Below are positions 7,493 to 16,245 of a stretch of DNA of 64,000 bases, one piece after another. The number at the start of each line of letters is the position of its first letter. Within the stretch, counting starts at the first letter, position 1. The notes below the pieces were generated by a model. It did not search any database. It worked only from the letters and a program-made list of their open reading frames with translations, and was not told the origin of the DNA. The stretch lies in assembly GCA_934446675.1 (NCBI GenBank), contig CAKSEL010000010.1:19861-83860 (forward strand). The letters run 5' to 3'. The DNA is from an uncultured Eubacteriales bacterium. Its GTDB lineage: Bacteria; Bacillota; Clostridia; Oscillospirales; CAG-382. Both the position numbers and the translations under genes were made by a program.

Positions 7493-9292
7493 ATGTACAA
7501 GACTTTAAATTCAAAGCTCGTGCTCATCTTCATAGTGTTTATAATTTCGGTAATGGCGACAGTGGGAATATTTCTCATGAACAGCGTTTTCAGCTTTTAT
7601 ACCGACGAATTTGTGTCGCAGGTAGACGAAGGCTTTTCCGATACCGTTGTAAAACAGCTTACCGACGCTTTGCAGTACGACGATTTCGCAAGCTCCCAGA
7701 ATAAACTGCTCGGCGCATATGCCAATGTGTTCGGCTTTGATTCGGGAAGAAGCTATTATATACTTGACGAAAACGCAAAAGTGCTTGCAAGCTCCGATTC
7801 CGACGCAAAAAGCCTTGAAATAACACAAAACCTGATTTCCGCAATGAACGGCACGGACGGAAAAAAACAGTCCTACGGCGCGGATTTTCTCGACTACGCA
7901 AGAGTGGTGAGCGACGGGAGCCGTTCGTGCATAATATATGTAAAGGACGATCTTTCCGAGATGAGAAAGCTGTCTTTCATGCAGTTTTCCATAATCATAC
8001 AGTCGCTTATAGTCGGACTTGTGATTGCTCTTGTAATGTCGTTCTTTCTCGCAAAGGCTATTACAAACCCGATAAAAAGCATTACAGGCGGTACTTTGAA
8101 AATTGCCTCGGGCGACTATTCCTACCGCATAACCTCGCGTTCGCGCGACGAGATAGGCATACTGTCAAATAACTTTAATTCCATGGCGCAGGTTATTGAA
8201 AACACTCTCGACGAGGTTTCGGGCGAGCGCGAAAAGCTCAAAAACGTGTTTAACCGCCTTAATGCGGGAGTTGCCGCCTTTGACGAAAACGGCAGCCTTA
8301 TGCATATAAATCCCAGCGCTCTTTCAATGCTCTCGCTTCCCGAAAACAACGCGCCGACCTTCAATGAGCTGACCGCGGCTCTCGGCACTCCCGAGGTTTC
8401 CATGCAGACGCTTAAAAACATAGGCAGTATTCATATAGATGAAAAGACGCTGTGCGATATTAAGACAAGAGAACTTGTGGTAAGCATAGATTTCGGCGTA
8501 TTCGGATATGACGGCGCGGCAAAGTCGGGCTTTATCGTCGTGTTCCAGAATATAACCGAAACGGCGCTGCTTGAAAAGAACAGACGCGAGTTTATCGCAA
8601 ATGTGTCGCATGAGCTGCGCACACCTCTCACAAGCGTAAAGGGCGCGACCGAAACCGTGCTTGAAGACGACGAAATGCCCGAAAGCATAAGAAAGCACTT
8701 TCTGAATATAGTAATTAACGAATCCGACAGAATGACGAGAATAGTTCAGGATCTGCTTGTGCTCTCAAGGCTCGATAACCGCCGTATGTCATGGAAACCG
8801 CATAAATTCGACCTGTACGACGCAATGAACCAGATGTGTACTGCTCTTCGCGCCGAAGCTCAGACGCACTCGCATACGCTTGAATTTGTAACGCCAAAGG
8901 GCGAGCCTATGCCCATCTTTGCCGATAAGGAAAGAATTGAACAGGTAATTACAAATATAATCGGAAACGCTATAAAGTACACTCCCGACGGAGGAAGAAT
9001 AACCGCGTCGCTCGAATACGACGAAAAACAGAGATATAAGATAACCGTAACGGATACCGGCGTCGGAATTTCAAAAGAGGATATTCCGCACCTGTTTGAA
9101 AGATTTTACAGAGTTGATAAATCGCGTTCGACCGACGCGGGCGGCACAGGACTCGGACTTTCCATAGCAAAGGATATTGTTGACGCGCATAACGGCAGCA
9201 TATCCGTAAGCAGCGAACCCGGAAAAGGCACAGCCGTGACCATAATCCTGCCCAAAGATACGAGAGTCGGTGAGGATAATGGCGAAAAATAA
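7493..9292 (+). CDS. Sensor histidine kinase (TM-HAMP-PAS-HisKA-HATPase)
   Basis: H-box ANVSHELRTPLTSVKG and G-box GTGLGLSIAKDIV, with two N-terminal hydrophobic segments. Adjacent to the response regulator. Confidence 0.93.
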   Translation: MYKTLNSKLVLIFIVFIISVMATVGIFLMNSVFSFYTDEFVSQVDEGFSDTVVKQLTDALQYDDFASSQNKLLGAYANVFGFDSGRSYYILDENAKVLASSDSDAKSLEITQNLISAMNGTDGKKQSYGADFLDYARVVSDGSRSCIIYVKDDLSEMRKLSFMQFSIIIQSLIVGLVIALVMSFFLAKAITNPIKSITGGTLKIASGDYSYRITSRSRDEIGILSNNFNSMAQVIENTLDEVSGEREKLKNVFNRLNAGVAAFDENGSLMHINPSALSMLSLPENNAPTFNELTAALGTPEVSMQTLKNIGSIHIDEKTLCDIKTRELVVSIDFGVFGYDGAAKSGFIVVFQNITETALLEKNRREFIANVSHELRTPLTSVKGATETVLEDDEMPESIRKHFLNIVINESDRMTRIVQDLLVLSRLDNRRMSWKPHKFDLYDAMNQMCTALRAEAQTHSHTLEFVTPKGEPMPIFADKERIEQVITNIIGNAIKYTPDGGRITASLEYDEKQRYKITVTDTGVGISKEDIPHLFERFYRVDKSRSTDAGGTGLGLSIAKDIVDAHNGSISVSSEPGKGTAVTIILPKDTRVGEDNGEK

Positions 9293-9677
9293 CGGCGGCG
9301 TGGAAAGTACGCGAACGGCAGGCTCTTACGGCGAAGACCTTGCGTCAAAAGAACTGCAAAGATTGGGGTATACCGTAATATGCAGAAATTATACCTGCCG
9401 CGGCGGCGAGATAGATATAATCGCGTCAAAGGGTGAATATCTTTTCTTTGCCGAGGTAAAAATGAGAAAACAGGGTACCGGAGACAACGCCGCAGAGGCT
9501 GTGGATAAAATAAAGGCGCAAAGAATAAGAACCGCGTGCCGAGGCTTTAGAAACGAGTACCGCGACAATCCGCTTATAGAAAACCTTGTTCCGAATGCAA
9601 TGATAATCGAAGTATATACCGGCAAAGAAACAAAGATCAATATTCTTGTCTGCCCGGGACTTCTGTCAGAAAGCTGA
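9270..9677 (+). CDS. YraN-family (UPF0102) endonuclease-like protein
   Basis: GYTVICRNYTCRGGEIDIIASKGEYLFFAEVKMRK matches the YraN core. The start is ambiguous (GTG 9270 or ATG 9279), and either choice overlaps the kinase stop at 9290-9292. Confidence 0.75.
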   Translation: MRIMAKNNGGVESTRTAGSYGEDLASKELQRLGYTVICRNYTCRGGEIDIIASKGEYLFFAEVKMRKQGTGDNAAEAVDKIKAQRIRTACRGFRNEYRDNPLIENLVPNAMIIEVYTGKETKINILVCPGLLSES

Positions 9678-9709
9678 AAAATATATTTTCCGTAAGGAGA
9701 ACAGTCATC

Positions 9710-10654
9710 ATGGATTATTTTGACCTTCACTGCGACACGGCTTATGAGCTGTATCACAAAAAGGCTGATCTTTATTCAAACAACCTTGCCGTGTCGATAG
9801 AAAACTATTCGGGTTATGACCGCAAGGCGCAGATTTTTGCCGTATGGTGCGACAAAGACAAGACCGACGACGAATGTTATCTCGATTTTCTTCACATATC
9901 CTCGGAATTCAAAGAACAGATAAAGAAATATTCCTATCATATAACGCTTTGCACCGACAGCGCGTCTCTTACAGACCAAGAGGATAAAAGATTAAAGGCT
10001 ATACTTTCCGTCGAGGACGCAAGACTTGCCGGAAACGATATTTCAAGGCTTGAAAAGCTGTATGCCGCAGGCGTAAGGCTCATAACTCTCGGCTGGGGAG
10101 GAAACAGCGTTATCTGCGGCTCTCACGATACGGACGACGGACTTACGAAATTCGGATTTGAGGTTCTGCGCGAGTGCGAAAACCTCGGAATTACCGTTGA
10201 CGTGTCGCATCTTTCGGAAAAAAGCTTCTGGGACGTTGCCGGAAAGGCACAAAAGCCGTTCTGCGCGACTCATTCAGATTCCGCAATGCTCTGCCGCCAT
10301 CGCAGAAACCTGTCGGACACTCAGGCAAGAACCGTCGCGGCGTCGGGCGGAGTCGTGGGCGTAAGCTTTGTGGGAGAACATCTTTCGGCGTCGCTCTCTC
10401 CTTCGTCAAGCAGTGAAAACGAGGTTTATGAGGCAGTCGCAAGCCACATAGAGCATTTTCTCGCAATAATACCCGAAAACGTCTGCATAGGCTCGGATTT
10501 TGACGGCACTGCACCTCTTGCCGGACTTGAAAACGCATCTCACGCGGAAAATCTCGCAAAGGCGCTCATCAACCGCGGCTGTGCGGAAAGCACGGTAAAC
10601 CGGCTGTTTTTTGAAAACGCATATAATTTTTTCTCAAAATCGCTTGAAAATTAA
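9710..10654 (+). CDS. Membrane dipeptidase (peptidase M19 family)
   Basis: N-terminal DLHCD metal motif, VDVSHLSEKSFWDV and ATHSDSAMLCRHRRNLSD. Family-typical length (~314 aa). Confidence 0.85.
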   Translation: MDYFDLHCDTAYELYHKKADLYSNNLAVSIENYSGYDRKAQIFAVWCDKDKTDDECYLDFLHISSEFKEQIKKYSYHITLCTDSASLTDQEDKRLKAILSVEDARLAGNDISRLEKLYAAGVRLITLGWGGNSVICGSHDTDDGLTKFGFEVLRECENLGITVDVSHLSEKSFWDVAGKAQKPFCATHSDSAMLCRHRRNLSDTQARTVAASGGVVGVSFVGEHLSASLSPSSSSENEVYEAVASHIEHFLAIIPENVCIGSDFDGTAPLAGLENASHAENLAKALINRGCAESTVNRLFFENAYNFFSKSLEN

Positions 10655-10675
10655 CACAGTTTTATATTTATATTC

Positions 10676-10704
10676 TTGCAACCGTATAAGAATTGTTGTA
10701 AAAT
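10676..10704 (+). promoter_or_regulatory. Sigma-A-type promoter candidate for thrC
   Basis: TTGCAA (10676-10681), a 17-nt spacer, then TAAAAT (10699-10704). Confidence 0.5.
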
Positions 10705-10751
10705 AATTCAAAACATACTCCCGGTGACGTATGGGAAAGGAAACATAAAAA

Positions 10752-12230
10752 ATGAACTATTACAGCACGCGCGATCTTAACAGAACAAAGCCTCTCACTT
10801 CCGCAGAGGCGATAAAGAAAGGTCTTGCCGACGACGGAGGACTTTACCTGCCCGAAAGCATACCGCAGATTGACCTTGATTTTATAAAGAGCTTATCCTC
10901 TCTTTCATACAGCGAGAGGGCGGCAAAAATATTATCGCTTTATCTTACGGACTACACCTATGACGAACTTCTCGACTGCGCAAAGGGCGCATATGAAAGC
11001 GGATTTGACGGATATGCCGCGCCCGTGAGCATGCTTATAGGAGACGATCTGCGCGTACTTGAGCTGTGGCACGGTCCCACCTGTGCATTCAAGGACATGG
11101 CACTCCAGATAATGCCTCGACTTCTTTCTCTCGCACTCAAAAAGACGGGAGAAAAGCGCACCGCGCTGATACTTGTCGCAACAAGCGGAGATACCGGAAA
11201 GGCAGCGCTTGAGGGTTACAAGGACATTGACGGCATAAAGATAACGGTATTTTATCCCGAAGACGGCGTAAGCCGTATGCAGAAGCTCCAAATGACGACG
11301 CAAGAGGGTTCAAACGTAAAGGTATGTGCGATAAAGGGCAACTTTGACGACGCACAGACCGGCGTAAAAAAGATATTCTCGTCGGAAAGCATAAGAAAAG
11401 AGCTTGACGGAAAAGGAATATTCCTCTCCAGCGCAAACTCCATAAACTGGGGCAGACTTGCACCGCAGATAGTTTATTACATTTCGGCGTATGCGGATCT
11501 TGTCGAACAGGGCAACATAAAGCTCGGCGAGCAGGTTGATATAACCGTTCCGACCGGAAACTTCGGCAACATATTCGCAGCCTTTCTTGCAAAGCGCATG
11601 GGACTTCCGGTAGGACGTTTTATCTGCGCCTCCAACAGCAACAACATACTTACGGATTTTCTCACCACCGGAACATACGACAGAAACCGCAGATTTTACA
11701 CGACGATTTCTCCGTCCATGGACATACTCATTTCGTCAAACCTTGAAAGACTGCTTTATTTCACGGCAGGCGCGCAAAAGGTATGCGAATACATGAAATC
11801 TCTTTCGGAAACCGGAAAATACACGGTTGACGCCGAAGTATTCGACGCGATAAAGTCAGATTTCAGCGCATATTACTGCACCGAAGAAAACTGCAAAAAG
11901 ACAATATCCGACGTATTCGGAAAATACTCGTATCTTATAGATCCTCACACTGCCGTTGCAGTATATGCGGCGCACAGATTTGTCGAGGAAAACCGCACCG
12001 GAAGAAAGAACATAGTAGCGTCAACCGCAAGTCCCTACAAGTTTGCAATCGACGTACTCAAAGCGCTCGGACAGACTGCGCCCGAAAACGATTTTGACGT
12101 ATTGAAGGCACTTTCCGAGTACAGCAAGACCGACATTCCCACTCCTCTTGCGGCGCTTTCGGGCAAGACAGTGAGATTTACTCAGTCTATCGAAAAGAAT
12201 CCGGAGGATCTTGCAAAGGCGATGCTGTGA
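10752..12230 (+). CDS. thrC: Threonine synthase
   Basis: 492-aa ORF with the PLP-lysine motif WHGPTCAFKDMALQ. Long-form ThrC architecture. Confidence 0.95.
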   Translation: MNYYSTRDLNRTKPLTSAEAIKKGLADDGGLYLPESIPQIDLDFIKSLSSLSYSERAAKILSLYLTDYTYDELLDCAKGAYESGFDGYAAPVSMLIGDDLRVLELWHGPTCAFKDMALQIMPRLLSLALKKTGEKRTALILVATSGDTGKAALEGYKDIDGIKITVFYPEDGVSRMQKLQMTTQEGSNVKVCAIKGNFDDAQTGVKKIFSSESIRKELDGKGIFLSSANSINWGRLAPQIVYYISAYADLVEQGNIKLGEQVDITVPTGNFGNIFAAFLAKRMGLPVGRFICASNSNNILTDFLTTGTYDRNRRFYTTISPSMDILISSNLERLLYFTAGAQKVCEYMKSLSETGKYTVDAEVFDAIKSDFSAYYCTEENCKKTISDVFGKYSYLIDPHTAVAVYAAHRFVEENRTGRKNIVASTASPYKFAIDVLKALGQTAPENDFDVLKALSEYSKTDIPTPLAALSGKTVRFTQSIEKNPEDLAKAML

Positions 12231-12257
12231 GAACAGGAGGCGGTGATTTTTGACCGG

Positions 12258-12338
12258 TTTGGGCGGGAAAAGATAATTCACTGCCACTTGCAATTCTATA
12301 CACCGACTTTTCGGAATCGAAAAAGTCGCGCTCTTTAG
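12258..12338 (-). repeat. Mosaic repeat copy 3a: isolated Z unit in reverse orientation
   Basis: The reverse complement reads GCGCGACTTTTTCGATTCCGAAAAGTCGGTGTATAGAATTGCAAGTGGCAGTGAATTATCTTTTCCCGCCCAAA. Hairpin F lies at 12304-12328. Confidence 0.9.
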
Positions 12339-12394
12339 TTTTATGTTTAGTTGGCGAAAGAGTGCAAGTCTGATAAAACTTAATACAAAAATAT

Positions 12395-12433
12395 ACTCTG
12401 TGCATTGTTCTACAACTTTGCACAGAGTTTTTC
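12395..12433 (+). terminator. Rho-independent terminator candidate (thrC), unique sequence
   Basis: ACTCTGTGCA (12395-12404) pairs with TGCACAGAGT (12419-12428): a perfect 10-bp stem with a 14-nt loop, followed by TTTTC. It lies between repeat fragments 3a and 3b. Confidence 0.7.
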
Positions 12434-12439
12434 TATACA

Positions 12440-12995
12440 TAAAAGTAGAATTTGATCCAAGTTTCTTGCCGATAGGCAAGCTGGGCAGAAAAACGTGTCC
12501 TGTTGACTGCGTAATAACTCGAAAAAATTACTTTTTTCACCTAAAATTAAGTTTACGCAGACCGCAGCGTGACATGGCGTAAGAGATAGAGCTGAGATAA
12601 ACAAATTTTACTTAGAAACCAACCCCATCGAGCAGTGCGGAGCATCTGCGAGCGAAAATTTAAAACTTCGGAGGTGCGGGAAAGTTTTACCGACGATAGT
12701 TTGATGTGTGGAAAGGAAGCCGCGCTTTCGCTGCGGCGTTTGAGCGGCGAAAATCTTTTGCGACTTTTTCGATTCCGAAAAGTCGGAAGAATAGAGTTGC
12801 ACATGGAAGTGAATTATTCTTTTTCGCCCAAAACAAGCGTCAGTTAGATAAACACAAAGTATCTTTTCTACTTTTCGATTCCGAAAAGTCGGAGAATAGA
12901 GCTGCACATGGCAGTGAATTAAAATTTCTCGCCCAAAATAAGCAACAGCCAGCCAAGCACAAAACATCTTTCCGCCCAACCTCCCTGCTCTCTTT
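12440..12995 (+). repeat. Mosaic repeat copy 3b: 5'-truncated copy (from module C onward)
   Basis: Hairpin C variant CTTGCCGATAGGCAAG at 12465-12480, then CTGGGCAGAAAA..CCTGTTGACTG, module V, D allele b, S3 spacer, E hairpin and two Z units. Confidence 0.9.
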
Positions 12996-13021
12996 TTAAG
13001 ATAGAAAAACTCAAATTTCCC

Positions 13022-13050
13022 TTGACGAAAAAACTAAAAAATAGTATAAT
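13022..13050 (+). promoter_or_regulatory. Sigma-A-type promoter candidate for the lipid-kinase/Fur/DHHW genes
   Basis: TTGACG (13022-13027), a 17-nt spacer, then TATAAT (13045-13050). A second TATAAT lies at 13052-13057, and the sequence is unique, just 3' of repeat copy 3b. Confidence 0.65.
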
Positions 13051-13083
13051 GTATAATGTAAAATTGTATAGGGAGGAATATGC

Positions 13084-13989
13084 GTGTCAAAGAAACTGCT
13101 GCTTGTGATGAACCCGTGCGCAGGTATAAAAAAGTCAAATAAATACTTGACCGATATACTGAGCGTGTTCGCCGTAAATGATTATGAATGTACCGTTCAG
13201 CTCACCACACTTAAAATAAGAGCCGCAGATATTGTCGAAAAATACGGAAAAAATAAAGACCTTATCGTGTGTATAGGCGGCGACGGCACGTTTAACGAAA
13301 CCGTATCCGGTATTCTTAAAGCAAATCTCCATGCAAAACTCGGATATATCCCTTCCGGCAGTACAAACGATTTTGCATCAAGCCTCGGTCTGAGTTTAAA
13401 TCCGGTAAGGGCGGCTGAAGATATAGCATACGGAGACGCGGTAAACTTCGACGTCGGGCTTTTCAATTCAAGACCGTTTACTTATGTCGCGTCCTTCGGC
13501 GTGTTCACAAAGGCGTCTTATGCGGCGCCGCGCGACCTTAAAAATATGCTCGGACACCTTGCATATATACTTGAAGGCATGAAAGAACTCGGCGATATAA
13601 AACCCTTTGACGTAACCGTTAAAACCGCAGATAAAACGTATAGCGGAAAATATCTTTTCGGCGCAGTCTGTAATTCAACGAGAGTCGGCGGCGGCGTAAT
13701 TAAACTGCCTAAAGACCTTGTGGATATGAACGACGGACTTTTTGAAACCGTGCTTGTAAAAAATCCCGAAACTCCGGCGGATTTCATGCAGCTGCTTATA
13801 GATCTCCAGACCTTTAACTATAAAGGCAATATGTTTGAATTTTTCACGTCGGATAAAGCTGAAATAACAGCGGATCCGAATATGAACTGGACTCTCGACG
13901 GCGAATATGAAAAAGGCTGTCAGAATATCACGGTCGAAAATCTGCACAGCGCAATATCCCTTATGATAAAAAGAAAGTATGAAGAATAA
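13084..13989 (+). CDS. Diacylglycerol-kinase-family lipid kinase (YegS/DagK type)
   Basis: VCIGGDGTFNETVSG motif. GTG start with SD GGGAGG 7 nt upstream. Confidence 0.92.
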   Translation: MSKKLLLVMNPCAGIKKSNKYLTDILSVFAVNDYECTVQLTTLKIRAADIVEKYGKNKDLIVCIGGDGTFNETVSGILKANLHAKLGYIPSGSTNDFASSLGLSLNPVRAAEDIAYGDAVNFDVGLFNSRPFTYVASFGVFTKASYAAPRDLKNMLGHLAYILEGMKELGDIKPFDVTVKTADKTYSGKYLFGAVCNSTRVGGGVIKLPKDLVDMNDGLFETVLVKNPETPADFMQLLIDLQTFNYKGNMFEFFTSDKAEITADPNMNWTLDGEYEKGCQNITVENLHSAISLMIKRKYEE

Positions 13990-14408
13990 TGAGCAGTCTT
14001 TATAAAACAAAACAGGGCGCGCTTGTTCTCGATTGCTTTAAAAACAGCGGCGGAACACATCTGACTATCGACGCCGTGTGCCGTATTCTCGAAGAAAATA
14101 ATACTCCCGTCGGCAAGGCTACCGTTTACAGACAGGTGCAGAAACTTGTCGATGAAGGAACTGTCAGAAAATACAGCGCAGATAACGCGGATTCGGCTTG
14201 CTTTCAGTACGTCGGAGATGATGAACACTGTAAACAGCATTTTCATCTTAAATGTACAAGGTGCGGTAAGCTTTTCCATGCGTCATGTCCGTATCTTGAC
14301 GGTATAAATAAGCACATTTTCGAGCATCACGGCTTTACAGTCGATAATACGCGCACCGTGTTCTACGGAATTTGCGAAGATTGTATGAGAGAGCAGAAAA
14401 AGCTCTGA
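13989..14408 (+). CDS. Fur-family metalloregulator
   Basis: 139 aa with an N-terminal winged helix and Cys/His motifs (HCKQHFHLKCTRCGKLFH ... GICEDC). The start overlaps the upstream stop. Confidence 0.9.
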   Translation: MSSLYKTKQGALVLDCFKNSGGTHLTIDAVCRILEENNTPVGKATVYRQVQKLVDEGTVRKYSADNADSACFQYVGDDEHCKQHFHLKCTRCGKLFHASCPYLDGINKHIFEHHGFTVDNTRTVFYGICEDCMREQKKL

Positions 14409-14423
14409 AATTTTAAGATTATA

Positions 14424-15818
14424 ATGAAAAAAGATAGAAAACTCTTTATAATACGCCGCGTCTTTTCTTTATTGACAGTATTCCTGTTTGCCGCGGCGAT
14501 AACCGTAACAGGCGTGTTGTTCTTTGTCGTGCCTAAAAGCGAAAGCTCCGAAATCGAGCGCAGAAAACTCGCAGAAATGCCGGAATTTACGTCAAAAGCA
14601 CTTGCTTCTGGTAAATTCACAGATGATTATTCGGTGTACTATTCCGATAATTTCGCTTTCCGCGATAAGCTTGTAAAAACCTCGTTCGCACTTGAGGATA
14701 TGCGCGGTATAAGATACGGAAACGTCAAGGTCTACGGATCGGATAATAATGCAAATACCGGTAAAAGCGAAAATTCAAGCATTGACAAAAAGCTGTATAC
14801 ACTTAAAAAATCAGCTTTAGATAATGTTTCCGTTAAAGTCGGCGAGGATAAACTGCCTGCAAAGCCCGTTCAGACGGTAATTCAGAACGAATCGGAATAC
14901 GCCGACCTTACACAGGCTGATCTTGAAGGCGAAAAGCGCGGTTCGCTGTTTATGATAGGCACAACGGCTCTTGAAATATTTTACGGAAATTCAAACGTTG
15001 CCGCCGATTATTCAAATACCGTAAATTCGTTCAGATATTCGCTCCCGGCAGACGTAAAGGTTTACTGCGAGGTAGTGCCGACGCATTTTGAGTTCGGTCT
15101 GCCGTCAAAATATAAGACAAGCGTCGGACGCCGCGAAAAGCCGTTTATCGACGATATATACTCAAATCTCGACGCAAACGTATACGCAGTTGACGCTTAT
15201 TCAAAAATCGAACAGAGCTATAATAACGGTGATTACGACTATTTCAGAACCGATCATCACTGGACTGCACGCGGAGCATATGCCGCGTATGCAGCCTTTG
15301 CAGAAACCGCAGGATTTATGCCTAGCGAACTTTCGGATTTTGAGTCGGGCAGGATAGATAAATTTCTCGGTACGTTCTATTCGAGTACATATGATAAAAA
15401 CCTTGAAGATAATCCGGATTACGTCGAATATTTTTTACCGTTTGCCGAGTATGAAATGACAAACTATGAGTCCGACGGAGTGACACATTCTTCGGGCAAG
15501 GCTGTCTATACAAAGGTTTCGGGAGAATCAAACGGTTATCTTGCCTTTACCGGCGGAGATCACCCTATGTCCGTAATCAAGACAAAGAATACGACGGGCA
15601 GAAAAATCATTGTTTATAAGGAAAGCTACGGAAATGCGTTTGTGCCGTTTCTTATAGCTAATTTTGATGAGATATACGTCGCGGATATACGGTCTTTTCC
15701 GTTTTCGTCGCTTAGCTTTATCGAGGATAAGGGAATCACCGACGTGCTGTTTCTCAACAATATTATGAGTGCCTGCACGCCTGCGAGAGTCATGAATATA
15801 ATGAATCTTTTGAAGTAA
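14424..15818 (+). CDS. DHHW-family protein (membrane-anchored, AlgX/DltD-like fold family)
   Basis: N-terminal TM helix and the eponymous motif YFRTDHHWTARGAY. Confidence 0.85.
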   Translation: MKKDRKLFIIRRVFSLLTVFLFAAAITVTGVLFFVVPKSESSEIERRKLAEMPEFTSKALASGKFTDDYSVYYSDNFAFRDKLVKTSFALEDMRGIRYGNVKVYGSDNNANTGKSENSSIDKKLYTLKKSALDNVSVKVGEDKLPAKPVQTVIQNESEYADLTQADLEGEKRGSLFMIGTTALEIFYGNSNVAADYSNTVNSFRYSLPADVKVYCEVVPTHFEFGLPSKYKTSVGRREKPFIDDIYSNLDANVYAVDAYSKIEQSYNNGDYDYFRTDHHWTARGAYAAYAAFAETAGFMPSELSDFESGRIDKFLGTFYSSTYDKNLEDNPDYVEYFLPFAEYEMTNYESDGVTHSSGKAVYTKVSGESNGYLAFTGGDHPMSVIKTKNTTGRKIIVYKESYGNAFVPFLIANFDEIYVADIRSFPFSSLSFIEDKGITDVLFLNNIMSACTPARVMNIMNLLK

Positions 15819-15855
15819 ATGAATTGTGGGTTATTTTGGATTGAGTTATGCTTGG

Positions 15856-15990
15856 TTTGGGTGAAAAAAGATAATTCACTGCCACTTGCAAGTCTATTCT
15901 CCAACTTTTCGATTCCGAAAAGCGGAGATACAAAGCTGCACTTTGAAGAATATTTCCCATTTCCGCCCAAACAAGCAACAATCAACCAAA
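15856..15990. repeat. Mosaic repeat copy 4: two Z units head-to-head around one F hairpin
   Basis: TTTGGGTGAAAAAAGATAATTCACTGCCACTTGCAAGTCTATTCTCCAA, then CTTTTCGATTCCGAAAAG (15905-15922), then CGGAGATACAAAGCTGCACTTTGAAGAATATTTCCCATTTCCGCCCAAA. The left arm is a reversed Z and the right arm a forward Z. Confidence 0.85.
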
Positions 15991-15996
15991 ATTACC

Positions 15997-16156
15997 TTTT
16001 CCACAAATTAACATCGACTTTCCCACAAAATCCACAAAGAGTTATACACATCAAATCCACAGGAAATCAACAGGTTACGCATAAGGTTTTCCATAGGAAA
16101 AAAATTCTGGAATCAAGGCAGAATAAGCACTTCGGGAGTTGTCCACAGTTTCCACA
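15997..16156 (+). promoter_or_regulatory. Cluster of seven DnaA-box-like 9-mers, all in one orientation
   Basis: TTTTCCACA 15997, TTTCCCACA 16019, AAATCCACA 16028, TTATACACA 16042, AAATCCACA 16053, TTGTCCACA 16139, GTTTCCACA 16148. Each has 1-2 mismatches to TTATCCACA. Confidence 0.7.
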
Positions 16157-16180
16157 CCCTCTACTACTACTACTGCTTCC

Positions 16181-16212
16181 TATAAACAATATATATTATA
16201 TTATTTTTGTAT
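16181..16212. other. AT-rich tract (possible unwinding element) preceded by a (CTA)4 microrepeat
   Basis: TATAAACAATATATATTATATTATTTTTGTAT contains 2 G/C in 32 nt. CTACTACTACTAC lies at 16161-16173. Confidence 0.4.
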
Positions 16213-16245
16213 CGGATATAAAGAAAAAAGAAAGGATAGATAAAC

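Noticed and set aside
12243-12338. A 31-codon ORF (MIFDRFGREKIIHCHLQFYTPTFRNRKSRAL) just after thrC, preceded by AGGAGG.
   Set aside because: The SD ends only 2 nt before the GTG. The ORF is simply the reversed Z unit read through, and no equivalent conserved ORF with a start exists in the other copies.
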